From positions 1 through 43,550 of the IMG/VR virus record IMGVR_UViG_3300017754_002612: a stretch of 43,550 bases of DNA. One strand, 5' to 3'. This document shows positions 34,544 to 41,548 of this stretch, in pieces. The notes beneath the pieces were generated by a model, which was given only the letters and a program-made list of their open reading frames with translations, ran no database searches and was not told where the DNA came from. Position 1 is the first letter of the stretch, and every line of letters starts with the position of its first letter. This DNA is from a virus. Position numbers and translations under genes: made by a program.

Positions 34544-34910
34544 TGGCGATCTTCTCTAGCTCGGCTTCGGATGGCTCCGCGTCGCCGTCCTTCTTATCGC
34601 GGGCCAAGATCGCCTTTAATACTTGGTCAAACATCTTCTGGTCACCAGCATCGAGCGAGGAGGAGAGATTCGCCATGGCGGTGAGGAGCTGGACCCGGAG
34701 CTTCTGATCAGGGACTTCCTCAAACTCCTTGGCCATCTGAAGGAGGACCTGGACAACCGGGGGATCTTCGGCGGTGACTACGCTGCGATCAGCACCGAAG
34801 AGCTTGAGAGTGGTGAGGCGCTTAGCGAGAGCATGGGTAGACCGCATGCGCCGGAGGAGGTTGGCCTCACTGATGCCACGGTCGGTGATGGAAGTTGCAG
34901 ATACGCTCAT
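34536..34910 (-). CDS. Terminase small subunit candidate (124 aa)
   Basis: First gene of the late operon, with an 8-nt overlap to terL and AAGGAG 10 nt upstream. The call rests on position only. Confidence 0.45.
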   Translation of the reverse strand: MSVSATSITDRGISEANLLRRMRSTHALAKRLTTLKLFGADRSVVTAEDPPVVQVLLQMAKEFEEVPDQKLRVQLLTAMANLSSSLDAGDQKMFDQVLKAILARDKKDGDAEPSEAELEKIANG

Positions 34911-35347
34911 GCCTACTGGCTCCTTGTGTTTCTACCCACCCCACCCCTCTTGCGAGATCATAAAATCCCGCTACCAGCCTCCCCTTAGCGACACAACGGC
35001 TTTGGTCAGTGTACTTGGTATCCGGCGTCTGAGCGCCACCGGCTTCCCCTGGTTGTTCAGGGCTACACTTCCCGCGTCCGTCATGTCAATGCATCCCTCA
35101 CCTGCCGGGACGGGTCCATTCCTGGATTGCCGCTCCACCCTTTAGGGTCATCGGGACACTTCGCACACGGCAGACTGTGCTCCCCTTACGTGCTAATCAC
35201 CAATCTCGCTCAGAGAAACAGTGACCGCTTAGAGAGCTTTTACCGTACTGGGTGGTAGTCAGGATACGGCAACTGCTGCGGATGTGCTATTGGGCATGTT
35301 GTGCGAAAATTCAACACGTCAACCGTCTATTGGGCGCGCGTGCGCGT

Positions 35348-35376
35348 AAAGTAAGCGATCACTCACTTATTGTCAA
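35348..35376 (-). promoter_or_regulatory. Sigma70-like promoter candidate for the late/packaging operon
   Basis: On the minus strand: TTGACA (35376-35371), 17-nt spacer, TACTTT (35353-35348). It would give a roughly 430-nt leader before the ATG at 34910. Confidence 0.35.
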
Positions 35377-35651
35377 TGTGGAAAACTTCTGGTATGTGGA
35401 TAACTCGGTAAGTACATGGAATGAAAGTGGTTGGAAATGGTAGGAAATTTTTAGAGGGGGGGCTAGATTATATATAACCGCAAATGGGGTGGACCCCCGG
35501 GTTGGGATCGGGCCAGGCGGGAACGGCGAGGCTAAAATTACCTACTAAGGCCTATGAAGTCCGATAATGTGCAATACGTAACTTCTTAAAAACTCATTAT
35601 ATATATGCAATTCAACGACTTACAGCTTTACATATTATTATGCAGGGGGGG

Positions 35652-35680
35652 TTGGCTGTATTATGATGCCTATTGATAAT
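35652..35680 (+). promoter_or_regulatory. Promoter-like element
   Basis: TTGGCT, 17-nt spacer, GATAAT, immediately after a G7 run (35645-35651). Confidence 0.3.
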
Positions 35681-35690
35681 GCAATTGCAT
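35679..35690. promoter_or_regulatory. Perfect 12-bp palindrome ATGCAATTGCAT (operator-like)
   Basis: Overlaps the -10 box and predicted start site of the 35652-35680 element. A second palindrome, CATCGATG, follows. Confidence 0.35.
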
Positions 35691-35708
35691 CGATGAATGG
35701 CATCGTTC

Positions 35709-35729
35709 CACCCGCCCGTGGGTGTTTTT
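35709..35729 (+). terminator. Short hairpin plus T-run (weak intrinsic terminator); a twin hairpin lies at 35736-35753
   Basis: CACCC-GCCCGT-GGGTG followed by TTTTTATTATT. The near-duplicate is CCACCC-GCCGAT-GGGTGG. Confidence 0.4.
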
Positions 35730-35768
35730 ATTATTCCACCCGCCGATGGGTGGAGCTGTGAACCCAAT

Positions 35769-35812
35769 CCCCTCCCCATTCCCCATCCCCCATCCTTAAT
35801 CCCCCCATCCCC
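35769..35812. repeat. C-tract: six runs of C4-C6 (G-quadruplex on the minus strand, i-motif on the plus strand)
   Basis: Reads CCCCTCCCCATTCCCCATCCCCCATCCTTAATCCCCCCATCCCC. It ends 10 bp upstream of the -35 box at 35823. Confidence 0.6.
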
Positions 35813-35822
35813 AAAATACCTC

Positions 35823-35850
35823 TTGCGCTATTACAATCGGGGGCTATAAT
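35823..35850 (+). promoter_or_regulatory. Sigma70-like promoter of the rightward small-gene/methyltransferase operon
   Basis: TTGCGC, 16-nt spacer, consensus TATAAT (35845-35850). Confidence 0.55.
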
Positions 35851-35898
35851 ACATTCATCGCAATGCCGCGACAGGTCCAAGCGACCAAGGAGCACGCC

Positions 35899-36240
35899 GT
35901 GTTTTATACCACTCACTACCGACTGATCATAGAATCTGATTGCCTTGGACCGCAAGCAGAGGCACGCGACCTGGCAGAGACTGCCCTGGATGCTGCCATC
36001 CGCGCCCTCCCCGACGGCGGCCTAGCTGCCTGCCGCGCCCGCGCCATCTGTGCCTACGCTCGTGGCGAGCTGGAGGAGGTCTACGTAGATCACGTCGAGA
36101 CCCGCGCCCCTACCGTAGAGGAGTGCGCCGCATATCGCGATTGGCTCGCCTGCGAGCGAGCAGCGGACGATGCTGCCTACGCCGGCTGGGCCCAGCGCCC
36201 TCGGCGCGGTGGTCTGGTCTACGGCGTAGAGGGGGTGTGA
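35899..36240 (+). CDS. Hypothetical protein (113 aa from GTG 35899; the track ATG at 35863 would be nearly leaderless)
   Basis: AAGGAG lies 6 nt upstream of GTG 35899. The ATG at 35863 lies only about 6 nt from the predicted transcription start. Confidence 0.6.
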   Translation: MFYTTHYRLIIESDCLGPQAEARDLAETALDAAIRALPDGGLAACRARAICAYARGELEEVYVDHVETRAPTVEECAAYRDWLACERAADDAAYAGWAQRPRRGGLVYGVEGV

Positions 36241-36242
36241 TC

Positions 36243-36611
36243 GTGATCACCCACTACGCACTCCCCACCGACGCCACGGCATCAGCTCGTCAGCGGGCTG
36301 AGATCGTCGCACGATGCGCGCTCCGACCCCGGACAGCCCAGAAGGCTGCACAGATCGCCCTCGCGAGCCATCAGCACACCTACGTCATCCCTCGCGACGC
36401 CACCGGCGGATCGATTGCAGTACGGTGCTGTGAATGCGGAGCGGTCTCGGAGCTGACGATCCACGAGACCACCTGGACCGGCGTGCCCTACTCGCGTGCC
36501 GACGCCGCCGCGCTGGTGCACATCCTCTCCGACATCCATCTGAACCGCACGGTGGCACCGTGTACTTTAACCGCTAAGGAACCGCACCATGAAGCCTATA
36601 ATTTCGATTAG
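36243..36611 (+). CDS. Hypothetical protein (122 aa) with a CCECG motif
   Basis: GTG 36243 has GAGGGGG 7 nt upstream. The 223-aa track ORF is an Arg-rich off-frame extension of this gene. Confidence 0.6.
   Translation: MITHYALPTDATASARQRAEIVARCALRPRTAQKAAQIALASHQHTYVIPRDATGGSIAVRCCECGAVSELTIHETTWTGVPYSRADAAALVHILSDIHLNRTVAPCTLTAKEPHHEAYNFD
36563..36593 (+). repeat. 31-bp duplicated translation-initiation block, copy 1
   Basis: TACTTTAACCGCTAAGGAACCGCACCATGAA is identical to 38710-38740. Confidence 0.95.
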
Positions 36612-36834
36612 CGCAAAAATCGCCTCGCTGCCTCGCGCTGAGGATGCAATCGCCTACGCCACTGGTGCACTAGACCGGATAGAGGCGCTCTACCGGCGCG
36701 CGCGCCCCCTGGCACCTGGCCGTCTGAGGCGGCCCTGGACCTGCGGAGAGCAGACCTACAGAGCAATATCGAGCCTGGGCCGGCAGGTGGGAGAGATCAA
36801 GAGCGCGGCTATCAGCCGGGGGGAGGAGCTGTGA
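36589..36834 (+). CDS. Hypothetical protein (81 aa)
   Basis: The ATG lies inside the duplicated block, with AAGGAA 8 nt upstream. Confidence 0.6.
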   Translation: MKPIISISAKIASLPRAEDAIAYATGALDRIEALYRRARPLAPGRLRRPWTCGEQTYRAISSLGRQVGEIKSAAISRGEEL

Positions 36835-36994
36835 GCACATCTACCATGGACAGCTACATAGCTAACCTCATCAACACGGCAGTCAGGGCAATAAAATACC
36901 TTTTGATTCATTTCGGGACGCTTCATAATCCCAGCATCAGCAACCGCTGACATTCCCACGAGTGATTGACTCGCAAGCCCTGAAAGGGCAAAAC

Positions 36995-38374
36995 ATGCTG
37001 CAAACTATCGTCAACCCCATTAATGCAGTCACCGGCAAGCCATACTCTGGCGGCAATGTCGCTAAGCTCATAGACGCGATGGATAGCGACTTGCGCTTTG
37101 TCACTGGCGCATTTGCCACCTTCCGCCAATGGCTGGCGATCGGTCGTTGCGTGCGCAAGGGGGAAGCGTGTGCCGCTCGTCTCTTGGCCTTTAGTGACGG
37201 CCAGACACAGGAGACAGATTCCGGCAAAGTGAAGGGCAAGGGCAAGGCCAGGTTCAAGAAAGGCTTTTGCGTGTTCGCCATCGAACAAACTGACGCGATT
37301 GAAGGCTGGACACCCGATCAGTCTCCCACCATCACAAGGGAGGAAGATACGGGCGAGGCTCCAGCCGTTGCAGTGGCGCAGATAGCCAAGCCAAGCCCTA
37401 CCATCGACCTTGCCAAGATCAGCGCGAAAGCCGATAAGCTCATCATTAAAGCCGAGGCATGCTTTGCTGATCGTCTCCAGAATACCGCCAAGCGTCTCGC
37501 GCAAGCCATGCACAAGCGGATGGAAGGCCAGCGCATGGAACGACAGGCGCACATCCTCAAGGCTTTCGTGCTCGCCAGTAAAGATGGCCAGAACCCATTG
37601 CCAGGTGCTACCATTAGCGACCTGTTCCAATGGTCTGAGGAAGCCGCTATCTATAAGGCCACCCCGGTTTCAAATGGCTATTATGGCTATCACGTCGAAA
37701 CTACGGACGCGCAATACACGGAAGCGCATCACGTCGCTTTGCGCGGGCTGCTTGACCCTCGCGCCGTTGCTGCATCGGCTGAAAAGATAGCCAAGGAACG
37801 GGCAGAGGCTGACTTGCGCACTTGTGACTTTCCCGGTTTCTTCCCGACTCCTGCTAGCGTTGTGCAAATCATGCTGGAACAGGCGGGCGACCTACGGGGT
37901 AAGGCAGTCTTGGAACCGTCGGCAGGAAAGGGGGACTTAGTTAGAGCCGCACTTGAGGCCGGGGCAAAGTCTGTCAAAGCATTTGAGATTGTTCCGAAAC
38001 TGGCCGACTATCTGGCAACCTTCGTGCGTCCCACTGGTGCGCAATGCGTCGTCTCTCAGCAAGCCGACTTTCTGAATGAATTGCCGGTCGGACCACATGC
38101 ACGGGTTGACGTTGTTTTGATGAATCCGCCTTTTGAGCGAGATGCAGCACCCGCCCACGTATTGCACGCGCTTTCATGGCTCAAGCCGGGGGGAAAGCTC
38201 GTCTCGGTTATGCCTCTGAATTGGTCAGAAAAGAAAGCCGCAGACTACCTCTTGCGCACGATTGAAAACATGGGGTTGTCAATGCTGGAGGTAGAAGTGG
38301 ATGGGCCAGCATTCAATGGTGCTGACAGCTTCAGACAGACGGCTGTCCGTACCTGCATCCTCGTAATCGGATAA
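36995..38374 (+). CDS. ArdC-N-like ssDNA-binding domain fused to an N6-adenine DNA methyltransferase
   Basis: The N-terminus NAVTGKPYSGGNVAKL...ATFRQWLAIGRCVRKGE matches the ArdC N-terminal (DUF1738) pattern. The C-terminus has SAM motif I VLEPSAGKGDL and catalytic motif IV VLMNPPFE. ATG 36995 has AAAGGG upstream (the track GTG is at 36962). Confidence 0.75.
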   Translation: MLQTIVNPINAVTGKPYSGGNVAKLIDAMDSDLRFVTGAFATFRQWLAIGRCVRKGEACAARLLAFSDGQTQETDSGKVKGKGKARFKKGFCVFAIEQTDAIEGWTPDQSPTITREEDTGEAPAVAVAQIAKPSPTIDLAKISAKADKLIIKAEACFADRLQNTAKRLAQAMHKRMEGQRMERQAHILKAFVLASKDGQNPLPGATISDLFQWSEEAAIYKATPVSNGYYGYHVETTDAQYTEAHHVALRGLLDPRAVAASAEKIAKERAEADLRTCDFPGFFPTPASVVQIMLEQAGDLRGKAVLEPSAGKGDLVRAALEAGAKSVKAFEIVPKLADYLATFVRPTGAQCVVSQQADFLNELPVGPHARVDVVLMNPPFERDAAPAHVLHALSWLKPGGKLVSVMPLNWSEKKAADYLLRTIENMGLSMLEVEVDGPAFNGADSFRQTAVRTCILVIG

Positions 38375-38451
38375 CCCATGCGCCTCCACCTCTTCCTATC
38401 CTCAGCCCACATCCTCTCCCGTATCCATCGGAACCGCAAAGTAATCTAATC

Positions 38452-38691
38452 ATGCAAGCCAAGATATATATATCGGGCATTACGCTTCGCCAAGCCCGCA
38501 TCCTCCGTTATATGGTCCATATCTGCGGAGGGTGCCGTTGCAATGCCATCCGCTCCTATGGGACGCACTGTGCATCCATCGATATCGACATGGATGGACC
38601 AAGGGCAAAGCAACTCGCCAAGTTGGTCCTAGATTGCCCTCCCCGTTGGCAATGGGCTGCTAGGCAATGCATGGTTAGCTACCATCCATAA
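38452..38691 (+). CDS. Cys-rich small protein (79 aa)
   Basis: ORF with an ATCGGAACCGCA motif copy 12 nt upstream. Confidence 0.55.
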   Translation: MQAKIYISGITLRQARILRYMVHICGGCRCNAIRSYGTHCASIDIDMDGPRAKQLAKLVLDCPPRWQWAARQCMVSYHP

Positions 38692-38709
38692 AACAACCAG
38701 CACGCCGTT

Positions 38710-38740
38710 TACTTTAACCGCTAAGGAACCGCACCATGAA
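38710..38740 (+). repeat. 31-bp duplicated translation-initiation block, copy 2
   Basis: Identical to 36563-36593. Confidence 0.95.
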
Positions 38741-38942
38741 AGCTAAACTCAATATCGCGATTACCTCTTACGGAACCCCCTGGGATATGGCTGGCGCTAT
38801 TGCCTGCAGAAACGCGCTAAAAGAAGCCGCGGCAAAAGAAATAGATACGAATCTAGCTAAAAAATTGCAGGTTCGCGCCGAATGGTGGGACGCTGTCATA
38901 ATGGAGCTACGCCACCAGCCGCCCCATCCTGGCGCGAGCTGA
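38736..38942 (+). CDS. Hypothetical protein (68 aa)
   Basis: The ATG lies inside the duplicated block. Confidence 0.6.
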   Translation: MKAKLNIAITSYGTPWDMAGAIACRNALKEAAAKEIDTNLAKKLQVRAEWWDAVIMELRHQPPHPGAS

Positions 38943-39015
38943 TGCGACCCGTCCCCCGCGTCAGTGGGGACCCAAAGCGCCACCAGTCGCAACCACTGGC
39001 ACCAAGGAACACACC

Positions 39016-39165
39016 ATGAAGCCCAAGTATGACGAACTCGTTGACGCCATCTACAAGCTGATTCCATATATGGAAGAAGTGGAATCAGACGAGACGTACA
39101 AGCCCGGAGTCGTCAAAGCGATGAACGACAAAATCAAGGCCATGCTGGAAAAGGCTACGGCTTGA
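39016..39165 (+). CDS. Small protein (49 aa)
   Basis: Hand-translated: MKPKYDELVDAIYKLIPYMEEVESDETYKPGVVKAMNDKIKAMLEKATA. The upstream sequence AAGGAACACACCATGAAGCC is a diverged copy of the same initiation block. Confidence 0.5.
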   Translation: MKPKYDELVDAIYKLIPYMEEVESDETYKPGVVKAMNDKIKAMLEKATA

Positions 39166-39470
39166 TGATGATCAAAAAGAAACGCGCCATAACGTACTCC
39201 AAACGCGAGGGAAACCCTAGAGTAGATTATTGGATATTAGATGCAGATGATCGGATAACGGCATGTTCTCCGACTAAGTGGCATCACTACGCATTACCAG
39301 ACCAGACCACGCCAGAAACGCTGGCAGAATGTGCCGACATACGCTACCGTGCGACTCAAAAGCAATTGAATAAAATCATAGATGATAACGCTTGGCTCCG
39401 CAATAATCCACCCCCGGCAGGAGTAGACCGCATGGTCCACTTGTGCCAACACTTAGGGATAACCGTATGA
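39165..39470 (+). CDS. Hypothetical protein (about 101 aa)
   Basis: ORF with a TGATG overlap to the upstream small ORF. Confidence 0.6.
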   Translation: MMIKKKRAITYSKREGNPRVDYWILDADDRITACSPTKWHHYALPDQTTPETLAECADIRYRATQKQLNKIIDDNAWLRNNPPPAGVDRMVHLCQHLGITV

Positions 39471-39733
39471 GCACCAAACCCCATCCATGCGCCACCCTAT
39501 CGTCCTTACTCCAGTCGCTACGGCCATCCTCTGAACCGCACGCCACGGCAATGATAGCCTCAAAAATCCACTCCCTAACCAAGGGCAACAACCGAGACAC
39601 GACCGGCTTTAAGAACGCCATATGCCGTTGGTCCATCCGACTCCAGGATGACTACGGTGTGGAACTCGACCAAGACCAGCAAGGCCGGCTTCTCCTGACT
39701 CTTCCTGGGGGCTTGGCGTTGGATCTGGAATAG
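39467..39733 (+). CDS. Hypothetical protein (88 aa)
   Basis: Start taken at MSTKPHP (ATGA overlap). Confidence 0.55.
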   Translation: MSTKPHPCATLSSLLQSLRPSSEPHATAMIASKIHSLTKGNNRDTTGFKNAICRWSIRLQDDYGVELDQDQQGRLLLTLPGGLALDLE

Positions 39734-39760
39734 CGATCCTCTGAACCGCACCGCCGATTC

Positions 39761-39800
39761 ACGACTTCCCCCAGGTTTATAGCCTGGGGGAAGTCGTTTT
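39761..39800. terminator. Strong bidirectional rho-independent terminator between convergent operons
   Basis: ACGACTTCCCCCAGG (39761-39775) and CCTGGGGGAAGTCGT (39783-39797) form a perfect 15-bp stem with a 7-nt loop, followed by TTTT. Confidence 0.85.
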
Positions 39801-39987
39801 ACAAGGTCCCAATTAAATATTTATGTGTATTAATTATTCGATCACGCTCAAACTGGTTTTTCTCATTTAATAACTGTCTGTCACGTAAATAATCAAATAA
39901 CATAGTCATATACATTTTATATTTTTCCTTGCGTATCGGGCAATTATAACGCTTCTCCCTGTGTTTGAACCTCATGGATGGTTTCAT
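39799..39987 (-). CDS. Small very basic protein (62 aa), low-GC gene
   Basis: GGGAGAGGG Shine-Dalgarno sequence 3-4 nt upstream. K/R-rich with AT-rich codon usage, unlike its neighbours. Confidence 0.5.
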   Translation of the reverse strand: MKPSMRFKHREKRYNCPIRKEKYKMYMTMLFDYLRDRQLLNEKNQFERDRIINTHKYLIGTL

Positions 39988-40049
39988 ATTCCCTCTCCCT
40001 CAATGTACTCACGCACGATATGTAAACGTAACTTGAAATTGAATGATTC

Positions 40050-40313
40050 TCACGATCTCCACCCCATCGCAACCGCCACCGCATCCCGATCCACAACCCG
40101 ACTCCTCCGCTCTTCCAGGCTCGGAAAGGTCGTAGTCGCACGCTTGATGATCAGAGCACGCCGATTGCAGACGATGCCGCGATTAATCTTCAATCTAGCA
40201 GCAATGGCAATGTCCTTGATCCCAGTCGCCCAAAGATCGCAGATTTTTCGGTCCAAGTCGTCTTTGCACCCCTGTAGGTAGTGCTCGTGGTATTCTTGGC
40301 GTTTAGTCGGCAT
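40050..40313 (-). CDS. HTH DNA-binding protein candidate (87 aa)
   Basis: AGGAG lies 6 nt upstream of ATG 40313. ICDLWATGIKDIAIAARLKINRGIVCNR looks like a sigma-r4/LuxR-type HTH. Confidence 0.5.
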   Translation of the reverse strand: MPTKRQEYHEHYLQGCKDDLDRKICDLWATGIKDIAIAARLKINRGIVCNRRALIIKRATTTFPSLEERRSRVVDRDAVAVAMGWRS

Positions 40314-40485
40314 GATCTTCTCCTGGTTCATTTGGCATCACCTTCCGCTGATTCCTTTTCTCCACCACAACCGAATAATAAGCTGGGCGGTGCACCGCAT
40401 GCCAAGCCGCATCCAGCCTCCGAATTGGCTTTACCGGCATCGCATCCAGGACCTGTTGGGCGCGGGCTACGTCGGCTTTCAGCAT
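40303..40485 (-). CDS. Hypothetical protein (60 aa)
   Basis: Start taken at MLKADV, which overlaps the upstream stop (ATGCTGA). Confidence 0.45.
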   Translation of the reverse strand: MLKADVARAQQVLDAMPVKPIRRLDAAWHAVHRPAYYSVVVEKRNQRKVMPNEPGEDHAD

Positions 40486-40910
40486 AGCAATCTGGTCTTC
40501 ATTTTTCCAATGGCTAGCTCCTTCTTCAGTTCCTCGGTTAATTGCTCCGACAACTCCCACTTCTTCCAGAGAGAATCATCTCCCCATTGGGCTTCCGCGC
40601 ACCATAAAGCATTGGCCAAGTCGTTGCGTTGCAATCGCATTTTGTTTAATTCTTCCTTTAGTTTTCTGATCTCATCTAAACGGGATGCCGATCCCATCAT
40701 GTAGGCTGTCGTTAAATCGTCATCAGCCATGGTATGGCTGGCATTCACGTCTCTTTCAAGCTCCTCCTTGACCTCTGCCAGTGTATCAATCGCCACGCCG
40801 ATCTTGTGGGGGTTATGCATCTCCTTCTCCTCCCCACGTCGCCATCGATTGTGCTCAGTCAGCAATGCGATGGCTTCCAGGATGCGTTCGCGTCTTGTTG
40901 GGTCAGGCAT
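40479..40910 (-). CDS. Hypothetical protein (143 aa)
   Basis: Start taken at MPDPTRR, which overlaps the stop of the 57-aa ORF. The track start at 40973 is an off-gene extension. Confidence 0.6.
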   Translation of the reverse strand: MPDPTRRERILEAIALLTEHNRWRRGEEKEMHNPHKIGVAIDTLAEVKEELERDVNASHTMADDDLTTAYMMGSASRLDEIRKLKEELNKMRLQRNDLANALWCAEAQWGDDSLWKKWELSEQLTEELKKELAIGKMKTRLLC

Positions 40911-41076
40911 GTGGCACCTCTTCTGCCGACTTCTTAGCGAGCCAAACCGCAGCCTGCTTGATGCGGCTATCAAGATGCACCATGCGGGCTAAATAGTTTT
41001 CACTCGTGGTTTCCATATTTATTTCCAATACAAGTTCACGGATGAACTTTTCCAGGTTTTCGTTTTTATTAATCAT
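40903..41076 (-). CDS. Small protein (57 aa)
   Basis: Hand-translated: MINKNENLEKFIRELVLEINMETTSENYLARMVHLDSRIKQAAVWLAKKSAEEVPHA. Preceded by copy C of the GC-rich junction motif. Confidence 0.5.
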   Translation of the reverse strand: MINKNENLEKFIRELVLEINMETTSENYLARMVHLDSRIKQAAVWLAKKSAEEVPHA

Positions 41077-41085
41077 TTCCCCTGC

Positions 41086-41103
41086 CCCCCGCGTCGCCGC
41101 GCT
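41086..41103 (-). repeat. Gene-junction repeat, copy C (18-bp core)
   Basis: cccccgcgtcgccgcgct is identical to 2011-2028. It is intergenic and lies 10 nt upstream (coding sense) of the ATG at 41076. Confidence 0.85.
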
Positions 41104-41117
41104 TACTAAGTAAGATA

Positions 41118-41321
41118 TTAGGCATGATTGGTTCCCGCCTTCCGCACGTCTTCAAGGGCTATGCTCATGCGGAACATCCTAGCGGAATTGCCCAGCTCAA
41201 GATATGCCTCCACCGCCCGTTGCAGCCTCACATACGCATCAGAAAGCTCCGCGGAAATGGTCACGGTCTTAGGACGCATGTCCAAAGTGTTAGGATCCGG
41301 CTGCGTGGTGGGGTTAGTCAT
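41118..41321 (-). CDS. Hypothetical protein (67 aa)
   Basis: ORF in the leftward operon. Confidence 0.55.
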   Translation of the reverse strand: MTNPTTQPDPNTLDMRPKTVTISAELSDAYVRLQRAVEAYLELGNSARMFRMSIALEDVRKAGTNHA

Positions 41322-41538
41322 GGTTGGCCTCCCTAAAGTCTCCGGCGGAATAAAGGTATTTCTCTAGATCTACGATATTATCAACCTGCCACGCCCTCTG
41401 TGCTTTACCAAGAGCCTCCCGCCGCTTCTCCAGCTCGTCGAGGACAGAGTTAAGATCACGGCGATTTACCATTACCCTACCAAAGTCCCAATCAACTTGT
41501 CCGCGCAGGCGCTTAATCGTCTCGTTTAGGTCGGTCAT
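41314..41538 (-). CDS. Hypothetical protein (74 aa)
   Basis: ORF in the leftward operon. Confidence 0.55.
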   Translation of the reverse strand: MTDLNETIKRLRGQVDWDFGRVMVNRRDLNSVLDELEKRREALGKAQRAWQVDNIVDLEKYLYSAGDFREANHD

Positions 41539-41548
41539 GGCTAGTCTT

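Noticed and set aside
34774-35145. 123-aa plus-strand ORF crossing the TerS start into the non-coding leader
   Set aside because: It runs antisense through the TerS candidate start, has an Arg/Ser/Leu/Pro-rich composition and no ribosome-binding site. The region is better explained as a leader.
35731-35955. 74-aa minus-strand ORF across the C-tract and promoter
   Set aside because: Its G-rich codons (GMGGLRMGDGEWGGDW) derive from the C-run tract. It overlaps a near-consensus promoter and the start of the plus-strand gene.
35940-36242. N-terminal 100 aa of the 223-aa track ORF 35940..36611
   Set aside because: It is an Arg/Pro-rich off-frame reading of gene 35899..36240. The real downstream gene starts at GTG 36243, which has its own Shine-Dalgarno sequence.
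36844-36948. 34-aa plus-strand ORF (MDSYIANLINTAVRAIKYLLIHFGTLHNPSISNR) and the opposing 67-aa ORF 36756..36959
   Set aside because: Neither has a ribosome-binding site. The minus ORF overlaps the end of a plus-strand gene. The evidence is insufficient.
36923-37630. 235-aa minus-strand ORF opposite the ArdC-N/methyltransferase gene
   Set aside because: It is antisense to a gene with clear family motifs, has no ribosome-binding site, and would be the only minus-strand gene in a plus-strand operon.
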